64,000 nucleotides of DNA from a virus (Duplodnaviria > Caudoviricetes), in IMG/VR virus record IMGVR_UViG_3300037634_004069, positions 1-64,000 of that record, one strand, 5' to 3'. Below are positions 27,870-38,293 of the stretch, in pieces (position 1 is the first letter of the stretch; the number at the start of each line of letters is the position of its first letter). The notes under the pieces are model-generated. The model saw only the letters and a list, made by a program, of their open reading frames with translations. It did no database searches and was not told the DNA's origin. The position numbers were made by a program, and so were the translations under genes.

Positions 27870-29240
27870 ATGTCAGACGTATCAAAATGGAATGTAATAA
27901 GTAAAACATCTTTAGATTCCTCACATTATGTACCAGTAACAGGGAAAAATAAATTCCAACTTTCCTCTTTATTGCCAAGTTTAGCTACTTCAGGAGCGGG
28001 TTCTGAAAGTTTATATGTAAGTGTTACAAACGGAAACCAACTAAACTTTAAAGGTATTAAGTCTGGAGATACAGGCCTACTTACTGTTGCTACTGCCTCA
28101 GATAATGTTGTTCTTACAATTCTTGAATCAGGAATAGATTTAAATTCTTGTGACAATACTACAGCACAGTTTCTTAAAACTGTAGCTCTAGCATCTAATG
28201 TTACAGGACAACTATCTGTAGTAAACGGAGGAACTGGACTATCTACAATATCTAAAGGTCAAATGCTTTATGCATCTGCAGATGGAACTCTCGCAGCAAC
28301 TTCTGCTATGAGTACAAATGGACAAGTTCTTATAGGTAATGCTACTTCAGGTGTACCAACTTTAGCTACATTAACTGCAGGAGATAACATTGCTATTACT
28401 AATGGAGCTGGTTCTATTTCTATTGCAGCAAATCTGACAAGTGCAGGAGCTGCTTTAGATATGAATACTTATAATATCAATTTAGACAGAGCTGCAGGAC
28501 AATCTTGGGTAACCGGAGATGGGTCTGATGAAGGTATTTCAGTTGATGCGGATGGTAAAGTGATCCTAAAAGACGGTACACATGCTGCAGATACTAGCGG
28601 AGCACAGCTGTCTTTACAAGGAGCTGCAGCAACAGCTATAGAAATAGGTAACGATGCTGTACAAAAAGAGTACACCATCAAAGTTCAAGACGCCCCCTCT
28701 TCAGCACATTCCGTAGGATTAAATATAAAAGGAGGCAATGCTACTAGTGGAAACACTAATGGAGGACATTTAACAATAAAAGGAGGCTCATCTTCAGGCA
28801 CTGGAACTGCAGGAATAGTATACCTCGAAGCAGGAGATCCTGGAGCTGGGGGCACAGAAGCAGGAATACAATTAAAAACCCATGCAGCTGGAGCTGCAGC
28901 AAGTACTGCATTTGCTGTTAGTTCTACAATGACTACAACATATAAGCCTTTACTGTATAGCGGTGTACAAGTACTTACAGGAGCAGGAGCAGTGGATCTT
29001 ACAAGTCCTATTACACACATAGTTACAACAGGAGCTAACGCACTTACTCTTGCAGATGGTATAGAAGGCCAAACAAAAATGATTATCATGAAGACCGACG
29101 GAGGAGACGGAACACTTACCCCGGCCAATTTCGCACAAGGGACAACTATTACGTTTGATGCTGTAGGAGAAAGTGTATATCTACTATTTACTAATGGTGG
29201 ATGGCATAAGATGGGAGGACACGATGCTACAATTGCTTAA
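27870..29240 (+). CDS. Tail fibre / spike-like protein
   Basis: Gly/Ala/Thr-rich. VNGGTGL, GQVLIGNATSGVPTLATLTAG, IKGG repeats and C-terminal ALTLADG..GQ.K.I...GG..TLTP are typical of fibres. Confidence 0.65.
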   Translation: MSDVSKWNVISKTSLDSSHYVPVTGKNKFQLSSLLPSLATSGAGSESLYVSVTNGNQLNFKGIKSGDTGLLTVATASDNVVLTILESGIDLNSCDNTTAQFLKTVALASNVTGQLSVVNGGTGLSTISKGQMLYASADGTLAATSAMSTNGQVLIGNATSGVPTLATLTAGDNIAITNGAGSISIAANLTSAGAALDMNTYNINLDRAAGQSWVTGDGSDEGISVDADGKVILKDGTHAADTSGAQLSLQGAAATAIEIGNDAVQKEYTIKVQDAPSSAHSVGLNIKGGNATSGNTNGGHLTIKGGSSSGTGTAGIVYLEAGDPGAGGTEAGIQLKTHAAGAAASTAFAVSSTMTTTYKPLLYSGVQVLTGAGAVDLTSPITHIVTTGANALTLADGIEGQTKMIIMKTDGGDGTLTPANFAQGTTITFDAVGESVYLLFTNGGWHKMGGHDATIA

Positions 29241-29250
29241 GAATTTAACC

Positions 29251-29272
29251 AGATAACGTACATTTGTTATCT
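29251..29272 (+). promoter_or_regulatory. Palindrome AGATAAC-N8-GTTATCT overlapping a -7 box (TACATTTG)
   Basis: Perfect 7-bp inverted repeat; TAnnTTTG at 29259-29266; intergenic, before the ATG at 29312. Confidence 0.4.
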
Positions 29273-29311
29273 TAATTATATATCTAAACCTAAATAAATT
29301 ATTAAAATCAG

Positions 29312-29740
29312 ATGGAGACATTAACAAAAGTAACAGGGGAAGGGACTGATCAAAAAACAGTTCAAAATTATGTAGACCTACTATCAGGACATTACAGTGT
29401 AGTAGATCTTCCAGGACTAAAGTTTGCAAAAAAGATTGCAGACAATATTGATGCAATGGAAGAGCGCCTTGCTCCTCTTAATGAAATTCTACAACCTACT
29501 AAAGAGTTTGAAGAGTTTGCAGAGAGAGTTAGAGAGGAAGCTGGAACCGATGCAGAAAAAATAAAACTCTTAGAAGAAGAAAACAAAGAGTTGGTAGATC
29601 ATAGAAAATCACAGTTAGAGACTGCGGAAGAAATGTTAAAAGAAAATATGAGTATAACCCTTCGAACTATTTATGAAGGAGAGCTCCCTAATAACATTTC
29701 TGCCAAGCAGATTAAAGCTCTTAAATCAATCTTAAAATAA
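29312..29740 (+). CDS. Hypothetical helical protein (tail assembly chaperone-like)
   Basis: 142 aa, acidic and coiled-coil; position next to fibre genes. Confidence 0.55.
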   Translation: METLTKVTGEGTDQKTVQNYVDLLSGHYSVVDLPGLKFAKKIADNIDAMEERLAPLNEILQPTKEFEEFAERVREEAGTDAEKIKLLEEENKELVDHRKSQLETAEEMLKENMSITLRTIYEGELPNNISAKQIKALKSILK

Positions 29741-29742
29741 TC

Positions 29743-30105
29743 ATGGCATCATCCGTAAAATTTAAACTAAGCGCAGTAAGTTCTTCTGTAGGAGCAGATA
29801 AAATGGACTTTACTGTAGAGAAACTTGTATCAGTTACAGAACCTTTGTCGAATATGGCAAAGGTTTCTGTAGCTACAGGTTCAGACTCTGTAATTCTTGC
29901 AAATACTAATGTACAATCTTATGTATATGTAAGAAATATAGATACAACAAATTATGTTACAGTGAAGAATACTGCAGATAACACTCTAGCTATAATTAGA
30001 GCTGGAGAGTTTGCATTGTTTCCTGTAGCAGCATCTGCTGGCATAGAACTAAGAGCTGATACAGCTGCATGTATTGTTGAATATGGATACTGGGCAGTAG
30101 CATGA
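29743..30105 (+). CDS. Probable virion structural protein, paralog of 1036..1398
   Basis: 120 aa; YVYVRNIDTTNYV...AGEFALF...RADTAACIVEYGYW. Confidence 0.75.
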   Translation: MASSVKFKLSAVSSSVGADKMDFTVEKLVSVTEPLSNMAKVSVATGSDSVILANTNVQSYVYVRNIDTTNYVTVKNTADNTLAIIRAGEFALFPVAASAGIELRADTAACIVEYGYWAVA

Positions 30106-30839
30106 TAATTACCCCGATAAATAGCACTGAAAGTGCAGTGCATTTAAGCGGGTATGTAACAGGTGCTACATCCGGCTATAAAGAAGTATGGCCTATATCA
30201 GGTACTACTGCTTCTATAGCTATGCCTGAAATCTTAAGACAAGTGTCAGTATCTAGTGGTGATACTACAGACGTAGCTCCTAGTGGAGGTGCGCATTCAG
30301 TTTTATTAGAAGGGCTGGACAGAAGGTTTGAGCCTCAATCAGAGCTTATTGATTTAAATGGGAGAACAGGAGTTATAAGTGAAAAAGCTTATAGAGCAAT
30401 AAACTCTATAAAAGTTGTTTCTTCTGGATCAGATGGTACTAATAAAGGTATTATATATGTAGGCTCAGGAGCTATTACTACTGGAGTACCAGCAACATCT
30501 TACTCTGTAATAGATTCAAATATTTCTGTATCAGAAACTTTATCTTTTACTGTTCCTAATGGGCACATGCTAGAAATAGAATCTATATCAGTAGTACCCA
30601 AAACTATTAATACCACATCTTTACATTGGGAATTACTTAAAGCAGATATAGTAAGTGAAATAGAAGTAGATCAAGTTGTTTATACCTCTATGTATAGAGG
30701 AACACAATTTGAAAGCACACAAAAACTTCATAGACCTATAACCATTGAAGCAAGAAAGACACTAAAAATGAGAGTCTCTCAATTAAATGCTAATGGAGAT
30801 GTATTAGTACATATAATAGGTAAATTAATTAAACAATAG
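30102..30839 (+). CDS. Phage structural protein of unknown function
   Basis: VSSGDTTD...GAHSVLLEGLD...E.IDLNG.T.V...Y.AIN.I.V...G...TN.G.I is a pattern I recall from aquatic phage virion proteins. Confidence 0.6.
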   Translation: MIITPINSTESAVHLSGYVTGATSGYKEVWPISGTTASIAMPEILRQVSVSSGDTTDVAPSGGAHSVLLEGLDRRFEPQSELIDLNGRTGVISEKAYRAINSIKVVSSGSDGTNKGIIYVGSGAITTGVPATSYSVIDSNISVSETLSFTVPNGHMLEIESISVVPKTINTTSLHWELLKADIVSEIEVDQVVYTSMYRGTQFESTQKLHRPITIEARKTLKMRVSQLNANGDVLVHIIGKLIKQ

Positions 30840-30846
30840 ATTTGAA

Positions 30847-31545
30847 ATGACACTAGATGAAATAGCATATAACATCCTTAACATCTACAGAGGTGGTCGT
30901 TCAAATCATAATGAACATATATCTCTTAGACAGATAAAGTTCAATATCAAGCATTATCGTGCAATGCTATTACGTAGAGATTTTGCACGTAATTCTTTTG
31001 TCTCTAGGCACCATGAGCAAGATCTTAAATGTATAGAATTAGAAATAGTAGATGCATCGAGGTGTTGTGGGCTCCCTTTAGATTGTGTAGTATCTAGAAC
31101 TAATGTAGATATACCTAGAACTATCCGTATGAATCATATGGAGGGGATAACAAATGTAGCGGATCCAAGTGGTATACATACTATACCTATGATAGATACA
31201 ATTGCAGTCCAAACTCTACCATATGATAGGTTTACAAAAAATACTCGTAAAGCGTACATGATAGAAGATAGACTATATATATACAATCCAGATGGAATGG
31301 ATACAGTAAATATTAGAGGAATATTTGAAGACCCGGAAGAGCTAGCTAAATTCGATTGTGACGGAGGAGATTGCTACGATAGCGATATGGATTACCCATT
31401 ATCTGCAGATCTTGTATCAGCTATAACTGATGGTCTTATCAAAGGTACATTCCAAATGATAGCTATGACTACATCAGATACTGAAAATGACACAATGCAA
31501 AGTGGTGCAGTACCAAGACAACAAGGAAATGCCAAAGCAAAGTAA
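30847..31545 (+). CDS. Tail tubular / ring protein (crAss-like)
   Basis: MTLDEIAYNILN...ISLRQIKF..KHYRA.L, VNIRGIFEDPEE and YPLSADLV. Confidence 0.7.
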   Translation: MTLDEIAYNILNIYRGGRSNHNEHISLRQIKFNIKHYRAMLLRRDFARNSFVSRHHEQDLKCIELEIVDASRCCGLPLDCVVSRTNVDIPRTIRMNHMEGITNVADPSGIHTIPMIDTIAVQTLPYDRFTKNTRKAYMIEDRLYIYNPDGMDTVNIRGIFEDPEELAKFDCDGGDCYDSDMDYPLSADLVSAITDGLIKGTFQMIAMTTSDTENDTMQSGAVPRQQGNAKAK

Positions 31546-32014
31546 AGATCTTTACAGTACATATCTAACTATGAGTGATTCTCCAGTACTTTTTAAAAAG
31601 TATAAGGAGATTCTTCAAGAGTTTAATATTATGATAATGGAAGCCCTTATAGCTGGGGCAGAATTTAACATGGGTTATAACTTATCTAATCTTTCAATTA
31701 TAAGAGCGAATGTAAATCCAAACACAGCTAGAATAGATTGGAACACGTCTATGAAATTTAAAGAAGAGCTTTTAAAAAAAGGAACTGTTCTTTTTGATAA
31801 AGAAACCGGGAAAGGAGAGAAATGGTTTATTTATCATACATCTAAACAGTATTTTAAATTTTACTGGTCTAAGATGTTCTGCAGAGTAAAAAATTCAAGC
31901 GTCTATAGATTTGATGCTACTCGTGGCAAAAAAGGAAATAAACAGAAATTAAAAGATCTGATCAATAATGACGATCTTGCATATCTAAGATTTAAACGCC
32001 ATGGCAATCTATAA
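31529..32014 (+). CDS. IHF-like protein of the crAss tail module
   Basis: The ATG at 31529 avoids a long overlap. EFNMGYNLSNLSI, IDW and YFKFYWSK...VYRFDATR match the second crAss IHF-like gene. Confidence 0.55.
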   Translation: MPKQSKDLYSTYLTMSDSPVLFKKYKEILQEFNIMIMEALIAGAEFNMGYNLSNLSIIRANVNPNTARIDWNTSMKFKEELLKKGTVLFDKETGKGEKWFIYHTSKQYFKFYWSKMFCRVKNSSVYRFDATRGKKGNKQKLKDLINNDDLAYLRFKRHGNL

Positions 32015-32969
32015 GCACGTATCCGGAAAAGAGATTATAAGAAAGGTATTTAGAGACATACGTCCTGCAAATGCTAACTTCATCCATGATGCTGTAGAAT
32101 GGATGGGAGAGGCTCTTGAGCATATAGGTGCTAGCACCCAGCTTTGTCGCAAGCAGTGTGTAATAGAAATAAAGAACCATAAAGCCTGTTTACCAGGAGA
32201 TCTTTATTACATAAATCAAGTAGCGGTAAATACTTGCACACAACCCTCTATAAAAAATGAAACATCAGAGATATCTTCTCAGATAGCAGAATTAAATAGC
32301 AATCTATCTACTTACTATGAAAATGTAAATAATACAGTTTCAAAAAATGAAAGTGGTCAATATATATCTTCTTTGACTACTACGGATTTAAATCAATTCG
32401 ATACTTACCATAAAACAACTTTAAATCAATTAAATGTTTTAAACTCAAGAATGAGTGTTTTAGAAAACATTTATTTTAATAGTAATGGTAATTGCTTACA
32501 GCCTCTACAGTACGGTACTTCTACTTTTCACTCAAGTATACACTGTGACGGCTGCGTAAATGCGCAATCAAATTATAAGGATACATATATAATTAATTGC
32601 GGTAATATTCAAACATCTTTTGCACAAGGGCAAATATGTTTGAGTTACATGGCATTCCCAGTAGATGAGGAGTGTTACCCAATGGTACCAGATGACATAA
32701 GCTACAGAGAAGCTATGTTTTGGTACATTCTTAAAAAGCTCCTTCTTCAGGGGGAAACATTCAAGAACACTAAAATAGAATATCAGTTTGCAGAAATGAT
32801 GTGGCAAAAGTATTGTACACAAGCGCGTAATGCTGCAAATTATCCTGATATAGATAGATATCAATCGTTCATGGATCAGTGGGTGAGGCTTTTACCTAAT
32901 ATAAACAGAGACCTTAATTTCTTTGAAGATCTTAATAGTAGGGAAATGCTTCAGTCCGAAAACTTCTAA
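32001..32969 (+). CDS. Tail ring protein (crAss-like)
   Basis: IIRKVFRD...DAVEWMGEALEHIG, ICLSYMAFPVDEECYPMVPDD and WQKYCTQAR; directly upstream of the muzzle gene. Confidence 0.65.
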   Translation: MAIYKHVSGKEIIRKVFRDIRPANANFIHDAVEWMGEALEHIGASTQLCRKQCVIEIKNHKACLPGDLYYINQVAVNTCTQPSIKNETSEISSQIAELNSNLSTYYENVNNTVSKNESGQYISSLTTTDLNQFDTYHKTTLNQLNVLNSRMSVLENIYFNSNGNCLQPLQYGTSTFHSSIHCDGCVNAQSNYKDTYIINCGNIQTSFAQGQICLSYMAFPVDEECYPMVPDDISYREAMFWYILKKLLLQGETFKNTKIEYQFAEMMWQKYCTQARNAANYPDIDRYQSFMDQWVRLLPNINRDLNFFEDLNSREMLQSENF

Positions 32970-32971
32970 AT

Positions 32972-35900
32972 ATGGCTGAAGAAGGAAACAGAGTATTAAG
33001 ATTTATAAGGGGGCTATTTAAAGATACGGCTCACGTAGATCAGCCCCCAGGCTCGTTAAGATTCGCACGTAATGCGAGTATAAACAATACTACTGGAGCT
33101 GTGTCTAACGAGCCCGGTAATATAAAAATAGAATCACTGCCTGTAGGGGCTGTTGTAATAGGAACTATTCCTCTTACAAGCAATGATATAGCTCTGTTTT
33201 TAAAAGTGGGGGATGATTCTATAATAGGTATTTATAGAAATAGCGCATACCAAACTATACTTAATCTGCAACCGGTTTTAAATGGTAATGATACAGATTT
33301 AAACTTTCAAACTTCGCACCCTATACAAGGAACATTTAAAGAACAGGGGGATGGAGATCTTATGGTATATTGGACAGATGATCTTAACCCCCCTAGAGTT
33401 CTTAATATAACTAGACAAAGAGTTGTTTCTCCTAATACCATATACGGAATAAATGCTATGAATTCCCCCGATGTAGCTTTTATAAACAAATTAAATTTAT
33501 TCCCCCATTCTGGACCAGTTCCTCATGTAGAGTTAATAAATGTATTTAGCGGTGGGGGATGTCTTACAGGTGTATATTATATAACTCTTGCTTATACGGA
33601 TACAGATATAGTTACAACAAACTATTTAACTGTAGCTAATCCGGTTTCAATTGTAGATGATCCAGAAGGAATAGCCCCTATAGAAAGTTATGATGGAGCT
33701 GAACCAGGAATATTAACTGGTAAATCTCTTACTTGGGAAGTATCAAACATAAATACTGATATGAAATATTTATCAGTTCAGATACTTCAAAAAATAGAAG
33801 GGGTTATAACTGCTGTTAGACTTCATGATATAGAGATAGATAACAGAGATAGATTTCTTGTAACATATAGTGGAGAAGAGTCTCAAGCCACATCTTCTGT
33901 AGATGCTGTTACTATAGATATGCCAGAGTATTTAACTGCTAAAACAATGGAGCAGTTAGATAGTGTTCTTTATTTAGGAAACCTTACTTCTGATACAGAC
34001 ATAGGATATCAAAAATATGCTAATTATATAAAATCTGAAGCAGTAGTATTAAAAGGTGAAGATGTTTTTGATCCTTTTGATCCTATGGTCATTACACAAA
34101 GTTTTTTTGATTTAAAAAAATCTGACACTATTCACTCCCAGGATTCTGATGCTATACAACACGGATATAGATATCCAAAAAATATTTATAAATATAAAGG
34201 ATATACTAGAGAAGAAGTATATGCATTTTACATAGCATTCATTCTTAAATCAGGAAGGATGTCTTATGCCTATCATATCCCTGGAAGACAACCTTTAACA
34301 GATGTAAATCCTGATGATGTTAACGAACTTATGGGGGATTGGAATCCTGCATTAGTAAATGAAGGATTATCTCTTTATGATAATGGAAATGGACATATAG
34401 GTGATTGGCAATTAATAAGTTTAACAGGGGGTCAGCAACCTCAAGGGTATGCATTCCATTTCTATGATTTTTCTCATTTGCATTCTCGCCATATGAACTA
34501 CTGGCATAATCTGCATGAGTTTTATCCTAATAATGATAATTTTCTTTCTGTAGATGCTGAAACAGGGTCTACTTATGAAGACTTAAGATCACAAAATGTA
34601 AGGCACCATAGATTCCCATCTAATAGAAATTCAGAGTTTACCACTGTAAAAAGTACAGATGCTCAAGTATTTGAAAGTGCAGAAAACGATAAAAAAGCCA
34701 CTGTACATTGGTTTTGGTATGGTGAGTTTGATAATAATGATGAAGTGCTAAGAGGACGTTATCCTACAGAAAATCCTAATGAAGCACAATGGTGGCAAAA
34801 TAATAATTATGGCACCCCTATGGGAGGAACAGGATCAGGTCATGATACTGATCGTGATAGTTCTCCTCAAGATGATCCTGGTTACTGGTACAGAGGTTTC
34901 TTTTTTAATAACGGACCTGCTAATGGTCCATTTCCTAATTCTACTCATTATGGTGGAAATCCACACTCTCCTGTAGGTTTAGGAGGCACTCCTAATGATG
35001 TTACTTCTGAAGCTCCAAACGGTCAAAGTAATACTCAAAATTCTTGTTGGCCACCATCAGCCGCGTATTTTTTTAATTGGCCCACTAATACAAATCCAAA
35101 CCAACCCTTAAATGATGTGTGGGAAACAGAAATAACTGAATGGTCAGATTTAACATTTGTATATGATACAAATCCTCCAGAGGGAATGAGATTAAGATTA
35201 CAATACGACTGGGTTCCGAATCTTTTTGAACCGAATAGTAGACCTCACTGTTGGGGTAAGTCTTGGGGTACTGTGGCCGGACATAGTGGAGAAGACGTTC
35301 TTTTAACTGATGTATCAGGAGATTTAGGTAACGGCACAAGGCCGGGATGGGCAGCTTGGGTAGAACCAGATACACCTATACCAGATGAAAATGAAAATAT
35401 TCCTTTAACACACCATGTTCAACCTTTAGGAATTAAATTTTGTGATATAAAAATACCTAAGTCCATTGCAGATAAAGTGCAGGGATTTAGAATTTATTAT
35501 GCAGATAGAACTCACGAGCAAAGAACTGTACTAGGTCAAGCCCCTGTACACCCTATGGAATATAGGCACCAAATGGATCCATCTAAATGTGATACTGGAG
35601 GATTGGGCCAAGGAAAATTCAATTATTGGTTACAAAACGGACAACCTGCTCCTGTAAACATAAGGGCTCCTTGGGCCCACGAAGTTTATTCTTTTCATGA
35701 TTTTTATTTATTAAATAGACACCCCTCATTAGCAGCTGCTACACATATAAAACTTCAATATATTTTGTGTATGGCAAATTTTAAAGGATCTGTAAGATAT
35801 AATAAAGATGGTAAATACACCGACACTAGTACCCAGAATCAAGAACCTTTTTATACTTGTAGAAAACCAGAGGTTATAACTTCTTTTCATATATCAGGAG

Positions 35901-38293
35901 ATCAGTTTAGAATACAAGGAATAGATCAAAGATTAAATTACATTCTCGACGATAAGTCAAAAGCTTATGTTTTAGGAGATACTATTTATGAAGGAACACA
36001 TCAAGGATTTAAATACGATATATACAATCAAGGGGGACAAACTCATATTGCTATAAAGCCAAAAAGATGGTTACCTCAGTTAGTCTCTAATCCAAGCAGC
36101 TCTTGGAGAGATCAAAGAAGTGAAGGTGCAAACACTGAATTTGTATCTTATACTACAAATTCTTGGGAAATGGATGATCAGGGAAATCAAATTCCTGGAA
36201 ATCCTGAAGCTTATGACGGACTTCAATTATACTTAACAAACCTTAAAGCATTTAAATCTGATGTATATAATGCTGTAGACTCACAAAATCTTGTATGGAC
36301 AGGATATGAAGTAGTAGGAGATGACTTAAATAGATTTATTCTAGATGAGAATGATTCTCCTGTATATAGTGGATCAGATCTATTTTGTACTGATGATGTA
36401 TATGGGGGCGATACTTATATAACTAGGTATGGTTATAGAATGACTGCCAGAGAAGAAGTTAGTTCAACTCCAGATGCAAATCAATCTAAAGATATAAAGT
36501 CTGTTATAGCTTGTATTACTGAAAGCACAGAAAATATAAACTACAGGCATATAAATAATGATGATGAACCTTATTTTCCAGGTGCTGCTTTAAAATCTGT
36601 ACTAGATGCAGATGCAAGAATAGATCTTCATTATAACCCAGATCTTACTACAGGAAAAATAAGATACAATGAAGACTACTCATCTATAAATAATATCAAA
36701 GTTGTACTACCTTTCCCTTTTGTACTTGAGCAACCAGAAAATCATCCTGTAAGAATTATACGTTCTTCTAAAACAACATCCTCTTACTTATCAGACAACT
36801 ATAGAATATACTCATTTGGTGAATTAAGAGAGCTTAATAATAGATATGGGGAACTTTGGAAGATAACCGCTGTAGGTAATCTTTTATTATTCCACATGGA
36901 AGACGCTTTGTATCAAACAAAGGGTAAGCAAAAAATGAAAGTTTCTGAAGGCAATGAAGCTTTTATTGGTCAGGGAGATATTTTTACTCAAGAACCGGAT
37001 TTAGTGCAACACACAGACTCTGGATATTTAGGTACAAGATCTCAATTTGCAAATATTGTTACACCTCAAGGATACTTTTTTATTGATAATATTGATAGGA
37101 AGATGTTTCTTTTAGGTAAAGGAGCAGAAGAACTTTCAGGTGAAAAATATGGTATGTCAAATTGGTTGCAAGACAATATGCCATATGCTTTAGAAGATTA
37201 TGGGTTTCACGGTAAGACAGACAGTTTTATTACAGGTATGGGATTTCATGCAGTGTACGATGAAAGATTCTCAAGGATTATAATAACAAAAAGAGATCTT
37301 GTACCAACAGCTGCTTTTATAGGAGAATGGAGTGGGTCTTATACATCACTTGTTGCTGCTACGCAAAACGGTGCTTCAGGCATAGTTTACGTTAATGGAA
37401 CATATTATAAGTGGACAACAACAAGCGAAAACTTATCTTCTTGGCAACCTATAGATCTTGATAACACACAAATAACAGGATCAAGAGACGATTTATTTGA
37501 AAGAAAGTCTTGGACTATCTCTTTTGTTTTTTCTAGTATGGTTCAAAACAAACTAGGTTCTTGGGAGAGTTTTCACGACTATGTTCCTTATATGTATTCT
37601 TATTCTGGAATAGATGTGTTTTCTTTTACTGAAAGCACAGATCCAGATATTCAAAGAGGTATATGGAGGCACAACGACTACAATAATATGGGTAATTTTT
37701 ATGGAACCATTTACCCATTCGAAATAGAAGTAATATCCAATATGGTTCCGAATATCGATAAGGTATTCAACAGTTTTAGTTTTCTTGTAGATACAAAAGA
37801 GTATAACTCTCAGTATAAACTTTATAACAATGACTTAAACTCTGGATTTACTTCTTATATTACATATAATTCAGATATGCTTTCCGGCGAGCATCCGTTA
37901 GAGTATCTGATAAATACCAGAAGAATAGGTACAGACTGGAAAGTAAACCAGTTTAGGGATATGTCTAAAGAAATTACTGATGCAAGTAACTACTATACAG
38001 GCATAACAACACCATTCACTGGTACAAACTACATAACACAAGGACAAAACCTTTTTGGTGGTTCTAACGCAGGAACTGTAACTGCAATAACAGACCGCAT
38101 GTTCTCCACTGCAACAACAGAAGCCTACCATGAACCAATGAATGTTAACTATATAGACTCTAATAAAGAGTGGTATAAACAAAGCAAATTCATAGACAAA
38201 TACATGGGTATAAGACTCTCATGTAGTAATGAAGCAAACAATTTGGTAAATTTGTATACAGTGCTTGCAGACTTTAGACCTTATAAACGATGA
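32972..38293 (+). CDS. Tail stabilisation / muzzle protein (P22 gp10-like beta-propeller)
   Basis: 1773 aa. GLFKD...QPPGSLRFARN, VYWTDDLNPPRVLN, GGDTYITRY, LNNRYGELWKI, GYLGTRSQF, WTISF...W.SFHDY.P and DKYMGIRL. Confidence 0.75.
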   Translation: MAEEGNRVLRFIRGLFKDTAHVDQPPGSLRFARNASINNTTGAVSNEPGNIKIESLPVGAVVIGTIPLTSNDIALFLKVGDDSIIGIYRNSAYQTILNLQPVLNGNDTDLNFQTSHPIQGTFKEQGDGDLMVYWTDDLNPPRVLNITRQRVVSPNTIYGINAMNSPDVAFINKLNLFPHSGPVPHVELINVFSGGGCLTGVYYITLAYTDTDIVTTNYLTVANPVSIVDDPEGIAPIESYDGAEPGILTGKSLTWEVSNINTDMKYLSVQILQKIEGVITAVRLHDIEIDNRDRFLVTYSGEESQATSSVDAVTIDMPEYLTAKTMEQLDSVLYLGNLTSDTDIGYQKYANYIKSEAVVLKGEDVFDPFDPMVITQSFFDLKKSDTIHSQDSDAIQHGYRYPKNIYKYKGYTREEVYAFYIAFILKSGRMSYAYHIPGRQPLTDVNPDDVNELMGDWNPALVNEGLSLYDNGNGHIGDWQLISLTGGQQPQGYAFHFYDFSHLHSRHMNYWHNLHEFYPNNDNFLSVDAETGSTYEDLRSQNVRHHRFPSNRNSEFTTVKSTDAQVFESAENDKKATVHWFWYGEFDNNDEVLRGRYPTENPNEAQWWQNNNYGTPMGGTGSGHDTDRDSSPQDDPGYWYRGFFFNNGPANGPFPNSTHYGGNPHSPVGLGGTPNDVTSEAPNGQSNTQNSCWPPSAAYFFNWPTNTNPNQPLNDVWETEITEWSDLTFVYDTNPPEGMRLRLQYDWVPNLFEPNSRPHCWGKSWGTVAGHSGEDVLLTDVSGDLGNGTRPGWAAWVEPDTPIPDENENIPLTHHVQPLGIKFCDIKIPKSIADKVQGFRIYYADRTHEQRTVLGQAPVHPMEYRHQMDPSKCDTGGLGQGKFNYWLQNGQPAPVNIRAPWAHEVYSFHDFYLLNRHPSLAAATHIKLQYILCMANFKGSVRYNKDGKYTDTSTQNQEPFYTCRKPEVITSFHISGDQFRIQGIDQRLNYILDDKSKAYVLGDTIYEGTHQGFKYDIYNQGGQTHIAIKPKRWLPQLVSNPSSSWRDQRSEGANTEFVSYTTNSWEMDDQGNQIPGNPEAYDGLQLYLTNLKAFKSDVYNAVDSQNLVWTGYEVVGDDLNRFILDENDSPVYSGSDLFCTDDVYGGDTYITRYGYRMTAREEVSSTPDANQSKDIKSVIACITESTENINYRHINNDDEPYFPGAALKSVLDADARIDLHYNPDLTTGKIRYNEDYSSINNIKVVLPFPFVLEQPENHPVRIIRSSKTTSSYLSDNYRIYSFGELRELNNRYGELWKITAVGNLLLFHMEDALYQTKGKQKMKVSEGNEAFIGQGDIFTQEPDLVQHTDSGYLGTRSQFANIVTPQGYFFIDNIDRKMFLLGKGAEELSGEKYGMSNWLQDNMPYALEDYGFHGKTDSFITGMGFHAVYDERFSRIIITKRDLVPTAAFIGEWSGSYTSLVAATQNGASGIVYVNGTYYKWTTTSENLSSWQPIDLDNTQITGSRDDLFERKSWTISFVFSSMVQNKLGSWESFHDYVPYMYSYSGIDVFSFTESTDPDIQRGIWRHNDYNNMGNFYGTIYPFEIEVISNMVPNIDKVFNSFSFLVDTKEYNSQYKLYNNDLNSGFTSYITYNSDMLSGEHPLEYLINTRRIGTDWKVNQFRDMSKEITDASNYYTGITTPFTGTNYITQGQNLFGGSNAGTVTAITDRMFSTATTEAYHEPMNVNYIDSNKEWYKQSKFIDKYMGIRLSCSNEANNLVNLYTVLADFRPYKR

